A DNA stretch of 64,000 nucleotides from Rhynchobatus australiae (Eukaryota): positions 14,477,471 through 14,541,470 of the forward strand of contig JAUZTB010000062.1 in assembly GCA_034780895.1 (NCBI GenBank), in the 5' to 3' direction. This document shows positions 25,564 through 38,500 of this stretch, piece by piece. Numbering within the stretch: the stretch's first letter is position 1; the number at the start of each line of letters is the position of its first letter. A program made the position numbers and the translations under genes. The notes under the pieces were generated by a model. That model made no database searches. It was not told the DNA's origin and saw only the letters and a list, made by a program, of their open reading frames with translations.

Positions 25564-25841
25564 TCAGGTTATGTTCTCACACCTACACACTACATGCTTT
25601 GGTTGGCAGCATAGAATTACATCTGGATCATGTGAATAATCAGCCAAGGAAGTGTTATCTGTGGAGATATCCTGGAGGATGTTGTTCAGGACTGTCTTAA
25701 CCTGCAGGAACGCAGCATGGTACTCAGGATTAAGAGGATCCAGGGGTTGATGTTCAGCTGTATCGTTCAACAGATTGAAAATCAGAGGTGGGTCATGTTG
25801 CTGTTCTGGCCCCTTTCCACCTTTGCAAGCTTTGGCACCAC
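25564..25841 (-). CDS. ARSG: Arylsulfatase G terminal coding exon
   Basis: cattttag|GT; encodes (G)GAKACKGGKGPEQQHDPPLIFNL...ADYSHDPDVILCCQPKHVVCRCENIT* with the Cys-rich CC..C.C tail; TGA at 25566-25564. Confidence 0.96.
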
Positions 25842-27362
25842 CTAAAATGACAAGAAAACAACATGCTGTTACCATTCTTCCACAATCCTACGTCCCAGTT
25901 TTATGAGAATGAAACACCACATTCAAATGTCATCCAGCTAATATAATGTTGAAGGTGACTACATTACAACCACAGTTCTAGTCCCAATGCTTTCTCATTG
26001 TAAAAATGTGATGAAATTTTTGTTTGTTTTTCATTGTGATGGTTTCAGAAGTGGGGAGTTACTACTGTGCAGGAAAATGTTCATCACATGGCTTTAATCT
26101 GCAGTGTGGTCCTCCCAGGCTAAGTCGAATGATACTAGCATTTGAGACTGCGAGACAAAGCGTGGCTTGCTTTCCCATGCTTTTAGCTATCACGTTTGGC
26201 AATGGGACCTATGCTCCAGAACTAGGTCTGCCTCTAGCCAAGATGTTCCAGTACAGTTGCAGTGCTGACATCTAGCCAACAATGTGGAAATGAGTCCAGG
26301 TGTGTCCAGTTCACAAAACGCAGGACAAATCCAAATTGGGTATTTACCACTAATTAGGCAACTCTTTGTCACTGGCAAAATAAGGAAGATGTTATTGACA
26401 GTGCTATCAAATGGCACAAACTCACCAGTTTGGAATTGGCCAAACCAATCAGCTCCATACCTCATCACAGCCTTGGTTCAAACACAGCCCAAAGAGCTGA
26501 AGTCTAGAGCAAGTTAAGAGTGACTGTCCTTGACATTGACTGAGTATGGCATCAAGGCACCCAGGTAAAATTAGAGTCAAAGGAAAAGCACTCCATTAGT
26601 TAGAGTCATACCTTGCTCAAAGGAAGATGGTTATGGTGTTGGTGGTCAATTATCCCAGCCTTAAGATATCATTGTGGGAGTTTATCAGAGCTGTGCTTTA
26701 GGCCTAACTGTCATTATTTGCTTCATCAGCGATCATCATTCCACCTTAAGGTCAGAGATGGGGATGTTTGCTTATGTTTAAGTGTATTCATAAATCCTCA
26801 GCAAAGGAAGCAGACCAGGGCTGCATTCAGGAAGACTCAGAACCAGTCTATGCCTGATACAACAAGACCCAGTCAACATTCAGGTATGGACTGATAAAGT
26901 GGCAAGTAACATTTGCTCCACAGAAGTGCCCAGCAATGATCATCTCCACAAGAGACAGTCTAACCACCTATTGAATTACCATCCCAAAGTCCCCGACCAT
27001 CAATATCCTGGGCCATAAACTCAACTAGACCAGCCATATCAATACAGGAGCAGATCAGAGGCTGGATATCCCATGATGAGTACTAACCTACATGCCCAAG
27101 GCTTTTTCATCACTCATAAGCACAAGTCAGGAGCATAACTGAATGCTCTCCACTTACCTGGATGAGTGCATTGCCAACAACTCTCAAGAAGCTTGGCATC
27201 AACCAGGACAAAGCAGTCTATTTGATTAGTACCCCATCAACCACCCTAAACATCTATTCACTCCATTGGTGGCATACAGTGGCTACAATGTATACCATTT
27301 ACAAAATGCCCTGCGGCTACTTTCCCAGATACTCCAAAAGCACCTCCCAAATCCATGACTTC

Positions 27363-28576
27363 TGTTGTGACACACAGAAGCCATAACTGGGAAATATAAA
27401 AGTCTTTACTCACAAAGCATATCTACTGCAGAAGGAGATAGAGAGAGTCTAGCTCTCCTCACACAATGTTTTATAATTTATGAACAATAATAAAGACAAC
27501 AATAAACGATTAACTACAGATTCAATGGCTATAATTACGTACTTAACTTTAACATTTGGAATGTAGGCAGGTGACTTTGCAGAATTGCATATTTACAATG
27601 GGAGCACGTCCCAACTAGCAGAACCTCTTTGAATATTCAATATTAGTAGCTGGTCCAAAATCTTCTCAGCACAAGCTCCATACACCCAAAATATACCTCT
27701 TTTGTTATAGTGTTGAGGGATAGTTCCCTGAGTATAAAACTAGACAGAAGATTAGGTGACAAAACAGATCCTGTCCTGAATTGTGCATTAACTGGCAGGG
27801 ATACGCCTTTAACATTATGTTAATACAGGAGGACAAATTCCAGGGCAGAGTATGAGGTAAATGGCAAGGTACTTGGCAGTGTAGAGGATCAGAGGGATCT
27901 GGGGGTTCATATTTACAGTTCACTGAAAGTTGCCTCGCAGGTGGATAGGGCAGTTAAGAAGGCCTATGGGATACTAGCTTTCATAAATCGTGGGATTGAG
28001 TTTAAGAGCAGCGAGGTAATGATGCTGCTGTACAAAACTCTAATTAGACCACACTTAGAGTACTGTGTTCAGTTCTGGTCGCCGCATTATAGGAAGGATG
28101 TGGAGGTGTTGGAGAGGGTGNNNNNNNNNNNNNNNNNNNNNNNNNNNNNNNNNNNNNNNNNNNNNNNNNNNNNNNNNNNNNNNNNNNNNNNNNNNNNNNN
28201 NNNNNNNNNNNNNNNNNNNNTGAGGTGTGGTTTGATGGGCGGCACAACATGGTGGGCCGAAGGGCCTGTATTGTGCTGTATTGTTCTATGGTTCTCTGGA
28301 GATGGCCACATAAGGCCTTCCCTGATCTTGTCCTGAACCTTTCAATGACCACCAATTAACATGAACGTTCATCTACTGTCTTCCCCTGCATAGTTTCAAT
28401 GGGACAGAATTAGAATGTCCCACACCCAATGATTGGTTTCAATAGCCTTCAGGTATCAGTTGTAGTTAAATTGTGAATGGGTTTTATTTCCTTGACTAGT
28501 TCTGCAGTCTTGTGTGTCCTCATTTTAATTAATATATGCTGTCCATAATTTCAGTACTCCAGAATAACCTCTAACA
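27363..28576. mobile_element. Candidate solo LTR with 5-bp TSD
   Basis: Begins TGTT and ends AACA; flanked by ACTTC at 27358-27362 and 28577-28581. Confidence 0.6.
27845..28297 (+). mobile_element. CR1 LINE 3' end (gap-spanning)
   Basis: ORF 27941: DRAVKKAYGILAFINRGIEFKS..LYKTLIRPHLEYCVQFWSPHYRKDV; tail GGGCCGAAGGGCCTG..(TTCTATGG). Confidence 0.92.
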
Positions 28577-29327
28577 ACTTCTACCACCAAGAAGGAAAGG
28601 GACAGTTTTTGCAAAGGAGGACCACTATTTCCAGACTTTCATCCAAGTTGCACACCTAGCTGATTTGGAACTATATTGCTGGCCTTTCATTGCAGCTGGG
28701 CTTAAATCCTGGAATTCCCAAGAACATTTCTTTCATCGGAAGGGCTGTAGTAGTTCAAAAAGGCAATTCATCATCTCCTTCTCAAGGGCAATTAGTGGAT
28801 GGGCAATAAATTCTGGCCCTGCAAGCAATGCCCAAATCCTACAAAAGTGTATAGATGAAATGATGTGAAGTTTCTTGGACGTATGGATTAATAAAAAGCT
28901 ATGAGTTTAGTATATTGCATTGTGCCTTCGATTCATTGTCATGTAAGCATCATCAGAAACCTCAGTACCTTCAGCGAGTCCATAAGCACCCTTCCAGCTC
29001 AGTGCTGTAACTTGTAGCTTTTTAAATCAGTGTGACTTCACTTTGTGTTTAAAACTATAACAACTAAACAAAATATAACCCCAATCCTCTAAGGGAAAAA
29101 AAAATCAAAACCTCTGAAACATCACCAACATCATATGTGGGAAAGTTAAAAGATTGCTACTTATGTCAAAGCTTCCTGTGATTGTAATTAGCATATTTGT
29201 ATGGCTCATGTACCATTGTGACTGCAGTAATGATTTTCTGTCCATTACAATAATCTAAAATCAATCTTTAGGTAGAACCCTAAATACAAATGGTGTGCCT
29301 GCTGAAAGCATGGCCCATTCTCTTTAC

Positions 29328-29418
29328 CTGTCAAGTAGAAAGCCTTGTACTGCTTTAGACGGATAGTTTTCAGGTCGCCAAATTGTCCAGCTGCTCCACT
29401 GTTTGGATGGAAGAGAGC
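29328..29418 (-). CDS. ARSG: Arylsulfatase G penultimate exon (91 nt)
   Basis: gttccag|GCT...ACAG|gtaaag; encodes [30 protein letters not shown], with the ARSG-type [10 protein letters not shown] and YKAFY.TG; phase 0 to 1. Confidence 0.96.
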
Positions 29419-30370
29419 CTGGAACATCACGAAGAGTCAGGTTTTAGTTGTATTACCCATTACTAAGCAGATGAAGTTAGATGCTGCAGTACCAGGACAA
29501 ACTAAAACAGAAACTGCAATACATATTGATTTCACACTTTTAGTGATTCAGCAACTCCTAACTTAAGATCAGCTTTGTACCTGCATACGATTCATTCTAT
29601 TGCACTGTGAGAACTTATTCTGTGCTTTTGGATTTTGTCAGAATATTACAATGAAAAATGTAGTTTACTTAGTGCCTGAAATGTGAATGCGATGGGGTTT
29701 TGGGAAAAGAGGAAGGACAGTAAAAAATAATGATAATTTATGCTGTTGTAATAAGAAAGGGTAAATCAGATTTTCTTTGTAAACTTTGAAAGCCCCCAGA
29801 CAAGGAGAAAGACAATATGATAACATAGGAGAGAAAGGAGAGAAACCATAGATGATTATTATGAAACAAAAGAAAAAATAGAATAATTTTACTTGCAAAA
29901 TAAACCTATAAATGATGTTAGTAGTTTAGCAGCAAAGATAGATCTCTAACAAATAAATTATTACTTTGACAAATATGAAAACTGGATGCCTTTTCAGGTT
30001 TTACAATTAATTTTGATGCCTTTGGGATAGGAATCACAAATATCATCCAAGGGTTGTTGCTTCCAAACATGCTCCACAATATTTACTGTAAAGCACCAAT
30101 ACATGCCCTCTGCAGTCAGCCAACCAGCTGAGGCTCACAGTCTATGTTCACATTTGAAGACATGCTATGTTTAGAAGATATCACAAGTCTACATCACTTG
30201 TAGATAAATGGCATACCAAAAGTGATAGCCTGCCAGAATGAAATGGGAACAGAAATCAAAATATTTTTATACTGGCTGTATTTGCTTCTTAATTTGGTAC
30301 TAGAATGAGTTCTACCTTTTAAATCCCACTCCCAACTAAACCTACAGTGACCTAACTAGTGGTAGCAGTC

Positions 30371-30500
30371 AATTCGAGTCATGATTATTGTCTTATGCAC
30401 AAGTACGTGTATGCACTGGTGCAATGAAAAACTTACTTGCAGAAGCATCACAGGCACATATCATTAGAGGCACAACATTCAGAAGAAAATCATAAATTAT
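30371..30500 (-). mobile_element. Rex1/Babar-type 3' tail fragment
   Basis: Reverse complement matches 32856-32930 (TATGTGCCTGTGATGCT.C.GCAAG.AAGTTTTTCATTGCACC). Confidence 0.75.
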
Positions 30501-30595
30501 ACATAATTGCATGGGCAATGAGGCCACAAGTGTGATTACAAGTGCATCCCTGGTATCTGTTTGCCCTGCCCATGGCAACAAGTCTTCTGCTTTTT

Positions 30596-30679
30596 CAACA
30601 CACACAAAATGCTGAGTTCCTCCAGCATTCTGTGTGTGTTGCTCCAGATCCCAGCATCTGCAGAATCTCTTGTATCTTT
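30596..30679 (+). mobile_element. Miniature Penelope-derived fold-back insertion, 11-bp TSD
   Basis: Hairpin CAACACACACAAAATGCTG/CAGCATTCTGTGTGTGTTG; flanks TTCTGCTTTTT 30585-30595 and 30680-30690. Confidence 0.7.
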
Positions 30680-31319
30680 TTCTGCTTTTTGATGGGAATT
30701 AAAAAGGTCAGAGGAGTGAGGGACTTTATATTCAGGTCCTTCTAACCCTGGTATTGCTTTCTTAGGCTTTCGATGTAAAACAGTCAACATATTGGATGAC
30801 TTTGCATGTTTGTTTACTTGTGCTACATATCGTTGAATGTGTCCACATCCATCAGTACACTGTAGGTATAGTTCATCNNNNNNNNNNNNNNNNNNNNNNN
30901 NNNNNNNNNNNNNNNNNNNNNNNNNNNNNNNNNNNNNNNNNNNNNNNNNNNNNNNNNNNNNNNNNNNNNNNNNNNNNNNNNNNNNNNNNNNNNNNNNNNN
31001 NNNNNNNNNNNNNNNNNNNNNNNNNNNNNNNNNNNNNNNNNNNNNNNNNNNNNNNNNNNNNNNNNNNNNNNNNNNNNNNNNNNNNNNNNNNNNNNNNNNN
31101 NNNNNNNNNNNNNNNNNNNNNNNNNNNNNNNNNNNNNNNNNNNNNNNNNNNNNNNNNNNNNNNNNNNNNNNNNNNNNNNNNNNNNNNNNNNNNNNNNNNN
31201 NNNNNNNNNNNNNNNNNNNNNNNNNTTCAATTACCTCAATTTATATATTCGAGTGCTTTCCATCTCCCCAAATTCTCTCTTTCATATTCCAAATATCCTC
31301 ACATCAACTGCCCTGTAAC

Positions 31320-32955
31320 TTTTTCCTGTATAATTGCCCCCACATCTCCAGATGACTCTGTAAGTTCAGTCTCCAAGACTGACATCTGGGTATCCTTCAA
31401 GAGGGTGAATCCACAAAAGGTGGCGAACCTGGTTAAGTACTAAAGATTCATGTGGACCAAATGGCTGGTGTATTTACAGATATACTCAACCTCTTGCTTA
31501 AGCGGTCTGAGATTCTCACCTGCTTCAGAAAGGCATCCATTTTACTGGTGCCCAAGAAGAGCATGGTAACCTGTCTCAATGACTACCATCCAGTAGTGCT
31601 TACGTCAACTGTAGTGAAGTGCTTCGAGAGGTTAGTTATGATGCGAATCAACTCCTGCCTCAGAGGTGACCTGGATCTGCTCCAATTTGCCTACTGCCAT
31701 AACAGGTCAACAACAGATGTGATTTCTCTGGTTCTTCACCCGGACAACAGGAACTTGTACGTCAGGCTGCTGTTCATCGACAGCTCGGCATTCAACACAA
31801 TCATCCCATCCAAACTCATCATCAAGCTTCAAGACCGGGTCCTCTGTACCTCCCTCTGCAACTGGATTCTCGACTTCCTCATCAGCAGACTTTAACTGGT
31901 AACAGCACCTTCTCCTCGCTGATCATAAACACAGGTGCACCTCAAGGCTGTGTGCTTAGCAGAAGATGCCTGCTCTGCTCTCTATACACATGTGAATGTG
32001 TGGCTAAGTATAACTCCAATGGCATCTTCAAATTCGCTGCGAACTACTGTTGTTGGACGAATCACAGGTGGCAATGAATCAGTTTACCAGAGCAAGATAG
32101 GACACCTGCTTGAGTGGTGTCGGAAACAAGAACCTCTCGGTCAATGTCAGCAAAACTAAAGGGCTGATTGTTGACTTCAGGAAGGGGAAGGAAGGCGAAC
32201 ATGCACCAGTCTACATTGGAGGTTTGTCAGTGGAGAGGGTCAGCAGCTTTAAATTTCTGGGCATTAATATACTGGATGATCTGTCCTGGGCCTAGCACAT
32301 AGATGCAATCATAAGAAAGGCGTCTCAGCGTCTTTACTTCCTTAAGAGGTTAAGAAGGTTCGGCTTGTCACCAAACAAGCTTCTACAGATGTACTGTTGA
32401 AAGTATTCTGATTGGTTGCATCATGGTCTGGTATGGAAATCTGAATGCACAGGAATGTAAGAAGCTGCAGAGAGTAGTGGATTCTGCCTAATACATCGTG
32501 GGCATATCCCTCCTCACCATCGGTAGTATCGACAGAAGGTGCTGCCTTAAGAAGGCACCATCCATCATCAAAGATCCCCACCATCTGGGCCATGCCATCT
32601 TTTTGCAGCTACCATTTGGCAAGAGGTACAGAAGCCTGAAGTCCCACACCACCAGTTTGAAGAACCCCTACCTCCCATTGACCATTTGGTTCTTGAACCA
32701 CCCGGCAAAATCCTAATCATTACAGTTTAGTAACATTATGACCACTTTGATAACTTTGCATTAAAATGGACTTTGATTTTTTTTGTTCTAATTGTGTTCT
32801 TTCTTGTAAAAATTGTTTAATTTATATTTTCCCAGTGAATGCTGCTTATTTGATGCTATGTGCCTGTGATGCTGCAGCAAGCAAGTTTTTCATTGCACCT
32901 GTGCCTACATGCACTTCTGCATATGATAATACACTTGACTTTGATCTTTGACTTC
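31320..32955 (+). mobile_element. Rex1/Babar non-LTR retrotransposon, 5'-truncated with frameshifted RT
   Basis: CLNDYHPVVLTSTVVKCFERLV, LQFAY, VRLLFIDSSAFNTIIP, KTKGLIVDFRK and VERVSSFKFLGINI occur across broken ORFs; 3' UTR ends in (CTTTGA)n. Confidence 0.9.
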
Positions 32956-33069
32956 TTGAAAACCTCCTCATTCCTCCCACAGGTCATCACCAAAGTCCTT
33001 ACCAAATTTTCCAATGTCATCTTCCTCATGCAGAATACTTCTCATAATACATTACTTTTTTTGATTATT

Positions 33070-33385
33070 CAATGATGGGATGTGGGTGTTGCTGGCCAGG
33101 CCAGCATTTCCACCCATCCCTAATTGCTCCTTAGCCAAGAGGCTTGATGGATAATTTCAGAGGGAGGTTAAAAGTCAATCACATTCCTGTACATATAGGG
33201 TCATAATAAGGCCAAACCATGTAAGTACATTAGTGGACCAGATGGATTTTTATGATAATCTAGTAATTCCATGGTTACCATAACTGATAATAAGCATTTC
33301 ATTCTTTGAATATTTAATTATTTATTATTAAATTCTATGGATTCAAATTCATCTCCCTGGATTATTAATCCAGTGCTTTGAAGAC
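33070..33385 (-). mobile_element. Old SINE sharing a 3' tail with LINE family B
   Basis: Tail reverse complement GCAATTAGGGATGGG...AAATGCTGGCCTGGCCAGCAACACCCACATCCC resembles 28788-28840; the body resembles 21525-21655. Confidence 0.55.
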
Positions 33386-35249
33386 TAGTCCAGTAATTTA
33401 ACTGTTTTCTAAATATTGCCACTGATCTAAATAAGAGCAAGCAGTTTGGTGGCTGTTCATTAAATTTAGCAGTGAAGAGATTTAAGAAATGCTCAATTCC
33501 TGAAATGCATTCTCCACAGTTAGCACTGCAGATGTAATGACTGTTTATTTTCATTTAGTAGATCCAGTAGCTAATGATTTATAATGTACCAAATTTCAAA
33601 CAAGGACAATATAGTTGAATGGTTTGGATATTTTATGTGCTATTGCTATAAATAGGGTTCATCATCATAATGAGAACTGGGAGGGCTATCTTCACATGCA
33701 ATGTACTTCCTAAGAAAAACAAGCAAAATCTGATTCAATATTAGCTTCCTGGCATGCGAATGGGATAGGACCTGGGGCTGCTTCCGTGACGTGCCTGACA
33801 ACACAGAACTATTTTTGCTTTGCCTTGTTTAATTATTTTAGGTGAATGGATGCAAACCAATTACTGGTGAAGCACATCAAGTAAATCAGTTTAGTAATGG
33901 TTGTCTAACTCACATGTTCTCTGTGGTGGGATGGGACTGTGAATTGTATTACATGTTGAACACTTTCTACAGGGGCATCCATACATCAATTTGTTAATTA
34001 TATATTTTATCCTGATTTAAAAACATATTAATGTTTGAAGCTTCGAGACCAAACTAAGTGAGGGCCCAGCAGTACAAAGGCTCTGGGAATGTTTCTGGTA
34101 AATTACATTTTCAAATTGGGTTGGGTATATTAAGTAACCACATATTTTGGAAAGGTCAGTCCTGAACTGTATTTCATGGTAGATTATATGGAGTGTATAC
34201 TTTTATACATCTTCACTCTTGCTAAACTTACAACAGTGTGCGATAATCTGTCATCATTTTAAACATAATCCTCAGAAAGAGGAAGAAGGAGCCTTGAGTC
34301 AGGAACAAAGTTTCGATGCTTTCCTTGTCTATGTAGACATGAGGAGGAGGAGTGCTGGCCCCAGAGCCATAAAGAAATTCTGCCCCATCCTTCCCCACTA
34401 GGTCCCCTTTCTTCCTGGCCCAGATCAAAACACAAACACTTCTGTTGCTTGCTGTACACAGTCTTTCCAATTATGTCTTCAGAAAATATGCAGAAAGTTT
34501 CGACATCTAAATGTACAATACAGGAAATGTTCAGAACAGCCCAGGTAGAAACAGGTTCAGGCAGAGCATTCAACAAATCACTGGCTAAGCCTGATTAGGA
34601 ATGGGGATGACAATTATAGGAACAACTATAGCCAGTGATAGCCATGCATATAAATAGGACACATTATATTCTTGTATTAATCAGATTTTCACGGCAGTTA
34701 TGCTTGTCTTTCTGATTGGGTCTTAGCGGGATGTAAATAGACCAGGCTCAAATTGCATACAATCAAAGTGTCATGCAGCACAGATGCTGCTTGACTTCCT
34801 GAGTATTTTTAGCATTTATTGCTTTTATTTCAGGTGAAGGCAATCTGCCTATGGTGACTTTTTAAATACAGCTGTCTGATTACTCCCCTTCCCTTTCAAT
34901 TCTCCCTTAGTCCTACAACTTCCCCCCACCTGCCCACTTCCACTGTGTGCTCATTTCCTTTTTTAAAGTTACAAATGAATCTGTTTGACTGGAATGGTGC
35001 CAGGCAATCAATGAGTGAAGCGCTTCCAGGGAAATTATGCTGGGATTAGGAAACCTCGAGATTACTTAGTGCTCAAATCTGGGACAGAGGGAGGGTAAAT
35101 CTAGAGAGACTGAAGACCTGGTTCTGGGGTAAAGACTCTTGCATCTCCTTGCATTTTAATGTTCCTGAAACATTACAATATATCTGCTTGGCACTTTTCA
35201 TCGCCTCAGGGTTTTCCACAATAGACAACAAAAGAGATACTTTTGAAGT

Positions 35250-35575
35250 GCAATCATTGTTGAAATGTTGGAATGTGACAACAAATTTGTCAACATCAAG
35301 CACTCACAAATAACAATGAAATAAATGACCAGATCATCCAGGCCAACACTCTAGTGGTACTTAGAGGAGGTATCAGTGTGTTTTCCATGTTGACGCAGAG
35401 ATAAGTGACTGCTGTGGCATCAGGATAACTCCCTGCTCTTCTTCGAACAATACTGTGTGTGTTTTTTACATAAACATAAATGGACAGATGGCATTTTGGT
35501 TTAATGTCTGTGAAAGATGCCCCTTGAATATTGTAGTACCCCTCCATGTGCCAATGGAGCGTCAACCTAGAATGA
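35250..35575 (-). mobile_element. Deu-domain SINE-like remnant (SacSINE1/AmnSINE1 superfamily)
   Basis: AACTCCCTGCTCTTCTTCGAA...TTTTAC...GGACAGATGG...GGTTTAATGTC...GAAAGATG matches the recalled antisense Deu-SINE pattern. Weaker copies at ~12530-12770 and ~59265-59497. Confidence 0.5.
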
Positions 35576-38500
35576 AGGGTATATTGCGGTGGCCTGCTGG
35601 AGGTCTATTTATAGTAACTTTTATACTACCAATGGAAACTTCTTATCACCTTTAGTCCATCTTTCAGACAGCTCTTTGTCAATCCAGTAGGGCCTCCACT
35701 GTGACACTGTGCTCTGCATTGAGCTCGCTGTCCCAGCAGAAGCTTCTGGCCCTTGCACTGGTGGTTGGCTTCTGCTAAAGATGTCCCAGGCCGAGAAGGT
35801 ATACCTGGGCTTCTTGAATGACACAACCAGAACACAACACAGCCAAAATATGTAGAATTTGGCTGCAATTTATTTTAGTTTAGTTTCCAGACATACAAGT
35901 ACAGGAAAGCATTTTGTCTGAGGCCGATCCATTCTTAGTCAATCACTTGCAATTATAGTATCTAATAGAGGTTTGCTGGACAAACATTAAAATTCCTATG
36001 ATTTCCATCTTTATGGTGCAAGCACAAACAGAGCACATGTTCTTCATTTCAACTTTAAGATGGTGCCTGGCCTACATCTGGATAAAATGTCAATTAAAAA
36101 GTATGGATAGAACATTATTTTTTCATACTTGTTACCCTAATGTTATAAATCAAAGATAATATATATTTCTCAACATGCAATCATCCCTCCCACAGATTTT
36201 ACTAAAAAAGCCAGTATCATAGAATTTTATTGATCGTAGAGCTTGTTTTAAATGGAAAAATCAACATAAAGTTAACATGATATGAATGATCATTTAATCC
36301 TCTACAGCTTTTGTTACCAATATTGGACACCTTCCTTAACACTGGGCAGGACCTCAATGGCTGTGAAGGCCATTAAGGGGTGGGATCCACCACTTATAGT
36401 CAGAGAGGTTCTGTATTGTGCAAGGTCTCCTTGTCTCATTATGATCTGGTCTCTCTCCAGAGTGATGAGTGCAGATATTCACCAATCGTTGGAAGATCTG
36501 CCCCATTATGTGCCCAAGTTTCTGGAGAGTGTAATGAGCCACAACCCCCTGGCACAGCAGTAAAACAGGATAAACAAGGCCCAGTTCTCTTTCAAATATT
36601 TTGACCTTTATATTTGACCTAATCATTCTAGTTGCTGGTAAAACTGTACACAACAAATAATTAACAATATGATGTGTTTATGCACATACAGGATGATTTT
36701 AATGCCTTGGGATAAGGTAGAGATCTAGACTGAATCCATATGTGTTTTAGCATTATGTTATAATCATTTAGAATGTCATTTAGTTCTCTGAGCTATATTG
36801 CAGAACTACAGAATATACATAAAGGTAACAGTATTGTGTCTTCCAGGTGCAATGCCTAACACAATAACTGACCAGAGTTAAGAGTCAAGAAGAATAACAA
36901 GTGATCAAAAATTAACTGAATTTATGTGCACGGTGTTTAACAATGTGCCATAACAGAAATCAGAACAATATTTTTCATGAATTTGTCATAACTTTTCACA
37001 ACTTCTCGCTAGAAATAGCTTTGGTTTTTTATTAAAGAAGTCATCTGTCAAAGTTTTTGGATGATGTTGAATAGTTTATAGTTACATAAATAAATAAAGC
37101 ATAGTACAACACAGAAATTCAAAGCAGGAGTAGGCCATCTGGCCTTTCAAGGCCTATGATGTACATTGACCTTCAAATCTTTCTTTAAATTCCTTGTAAC
37201 AACTTTGATTAGTTTTTAATGAATTTACATTGCCCATCTCTACTCCCATCCGAGCCATATTTGTTCGAAATTATCTTGCCATAATATTTTTTCTATCTGA
37301 CAGTTATCTGATTTTATATCTGAATTCTCAATACTAATGAAATATTCCTGATATTATTCATTCATGATTGAAATCATTGATGAGTCATAAGGCGACAATA
37401 AGTTAGTACAATTCACAGACCTTTCTGAGTTTCTTCAGGCCCAGCTTTCACTAAGTTATCCAGGACTGTAGCAATCAACATAGTAATAGGAAAAGGCCAT
37501 TCAGCCCTTTGACCCTATTCTGTCATTCATGTAAATCATGGCTGATATGTTTCTCAACTTCATTCATTGGTCTTTTCTGACCATCTCACAATCCATTTAC
37601 CTACAAAAGGCTATCAATTTCCGTCTTGCAAATCACACTCGACTCGATCTCTTGTGACACAGAGTTCCAGACTGCACTTACTCCTTGTTTGAAATAGTGT
37701 TTTGCGATTTAAATCCTAAATTGGCATTGCTCAGATTTTAAGATTGTACCTCCACATTCTTTTTCTAAACCTTGGTTAGATCACACCTTACACTTTTAAA
37801 CATCAGAATAGTACTAGCTCGCAATATTTAAACATCTAAGTACCAGGACTGTTCAGGGTAATCAGCACTTCTAAGGATATTATCTTTATCATAGCGTTCA
37901 GTAGGCAAACTTAATTCCATTTGGGGTTGATAAAACCTTTGCACCACTGAAGCACTATTGCCTCATTTTTGAATTCCAGCCCTGAGCGCATAGTTCCAAT
38001 ATCTTGAGAGGACCAGATTGACAATGAGGTGGTCGCAAACTTCCTGAGAGTATTCCCACTGTGTTCCCAGCTGAGTGCCTGGAAGCCCGCAGCATTGTGC
38101 CAACTTCCTCGGGTTTTCTACTAGTTCTACTGAGAAAGCTGACCAATGAACCTGTGCCAGTTTAGACTTGGCGCAGGTTCCGCAACTCTATTCATTTCAT
38201 TGGAGAGGAATTGCCTTGAAAGAGATCGGAAAGCTTCAGGTAATCTTTATTTTTTGAATTATTTAATTTAAATATAGTTAATTGTTGTAAAAGAGATTTA
38301 ATTTATTAAATCATTTACATTTTAGCATATTAATAATATGATTAATTTGTAATTTCTTGAATGTTTGTCAATGTTTCTGAGTGCCAGTAACAATCACAGC
38401 AGGTCAAAATTTTTGATAGTTTAGACAGTTGGTAAGCTTGGTTGCAGTGCTTACAATTGGCATTATTATAATCCTAAATACAATTATTTCTGCTGCTGCT

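Larger units (their letters stand above)
26240..28850 (+). mobile_element. Old CR1-group LINE (family B), interrupted at 27363-28576
   Basis: Decayed RT-region sequence similar to 58250-58850; the sequence resumes colinearly after the insertion (catgACTTC|taccacc). Confidence 0.65.

Noticed and set aside
31452-32716. RT-like ORFs as a host gene or novel reverse-transcriptase system
   Set aside because: This is a frameshifted, stop-containing, 5'-truncated Rex1/Babar copy.
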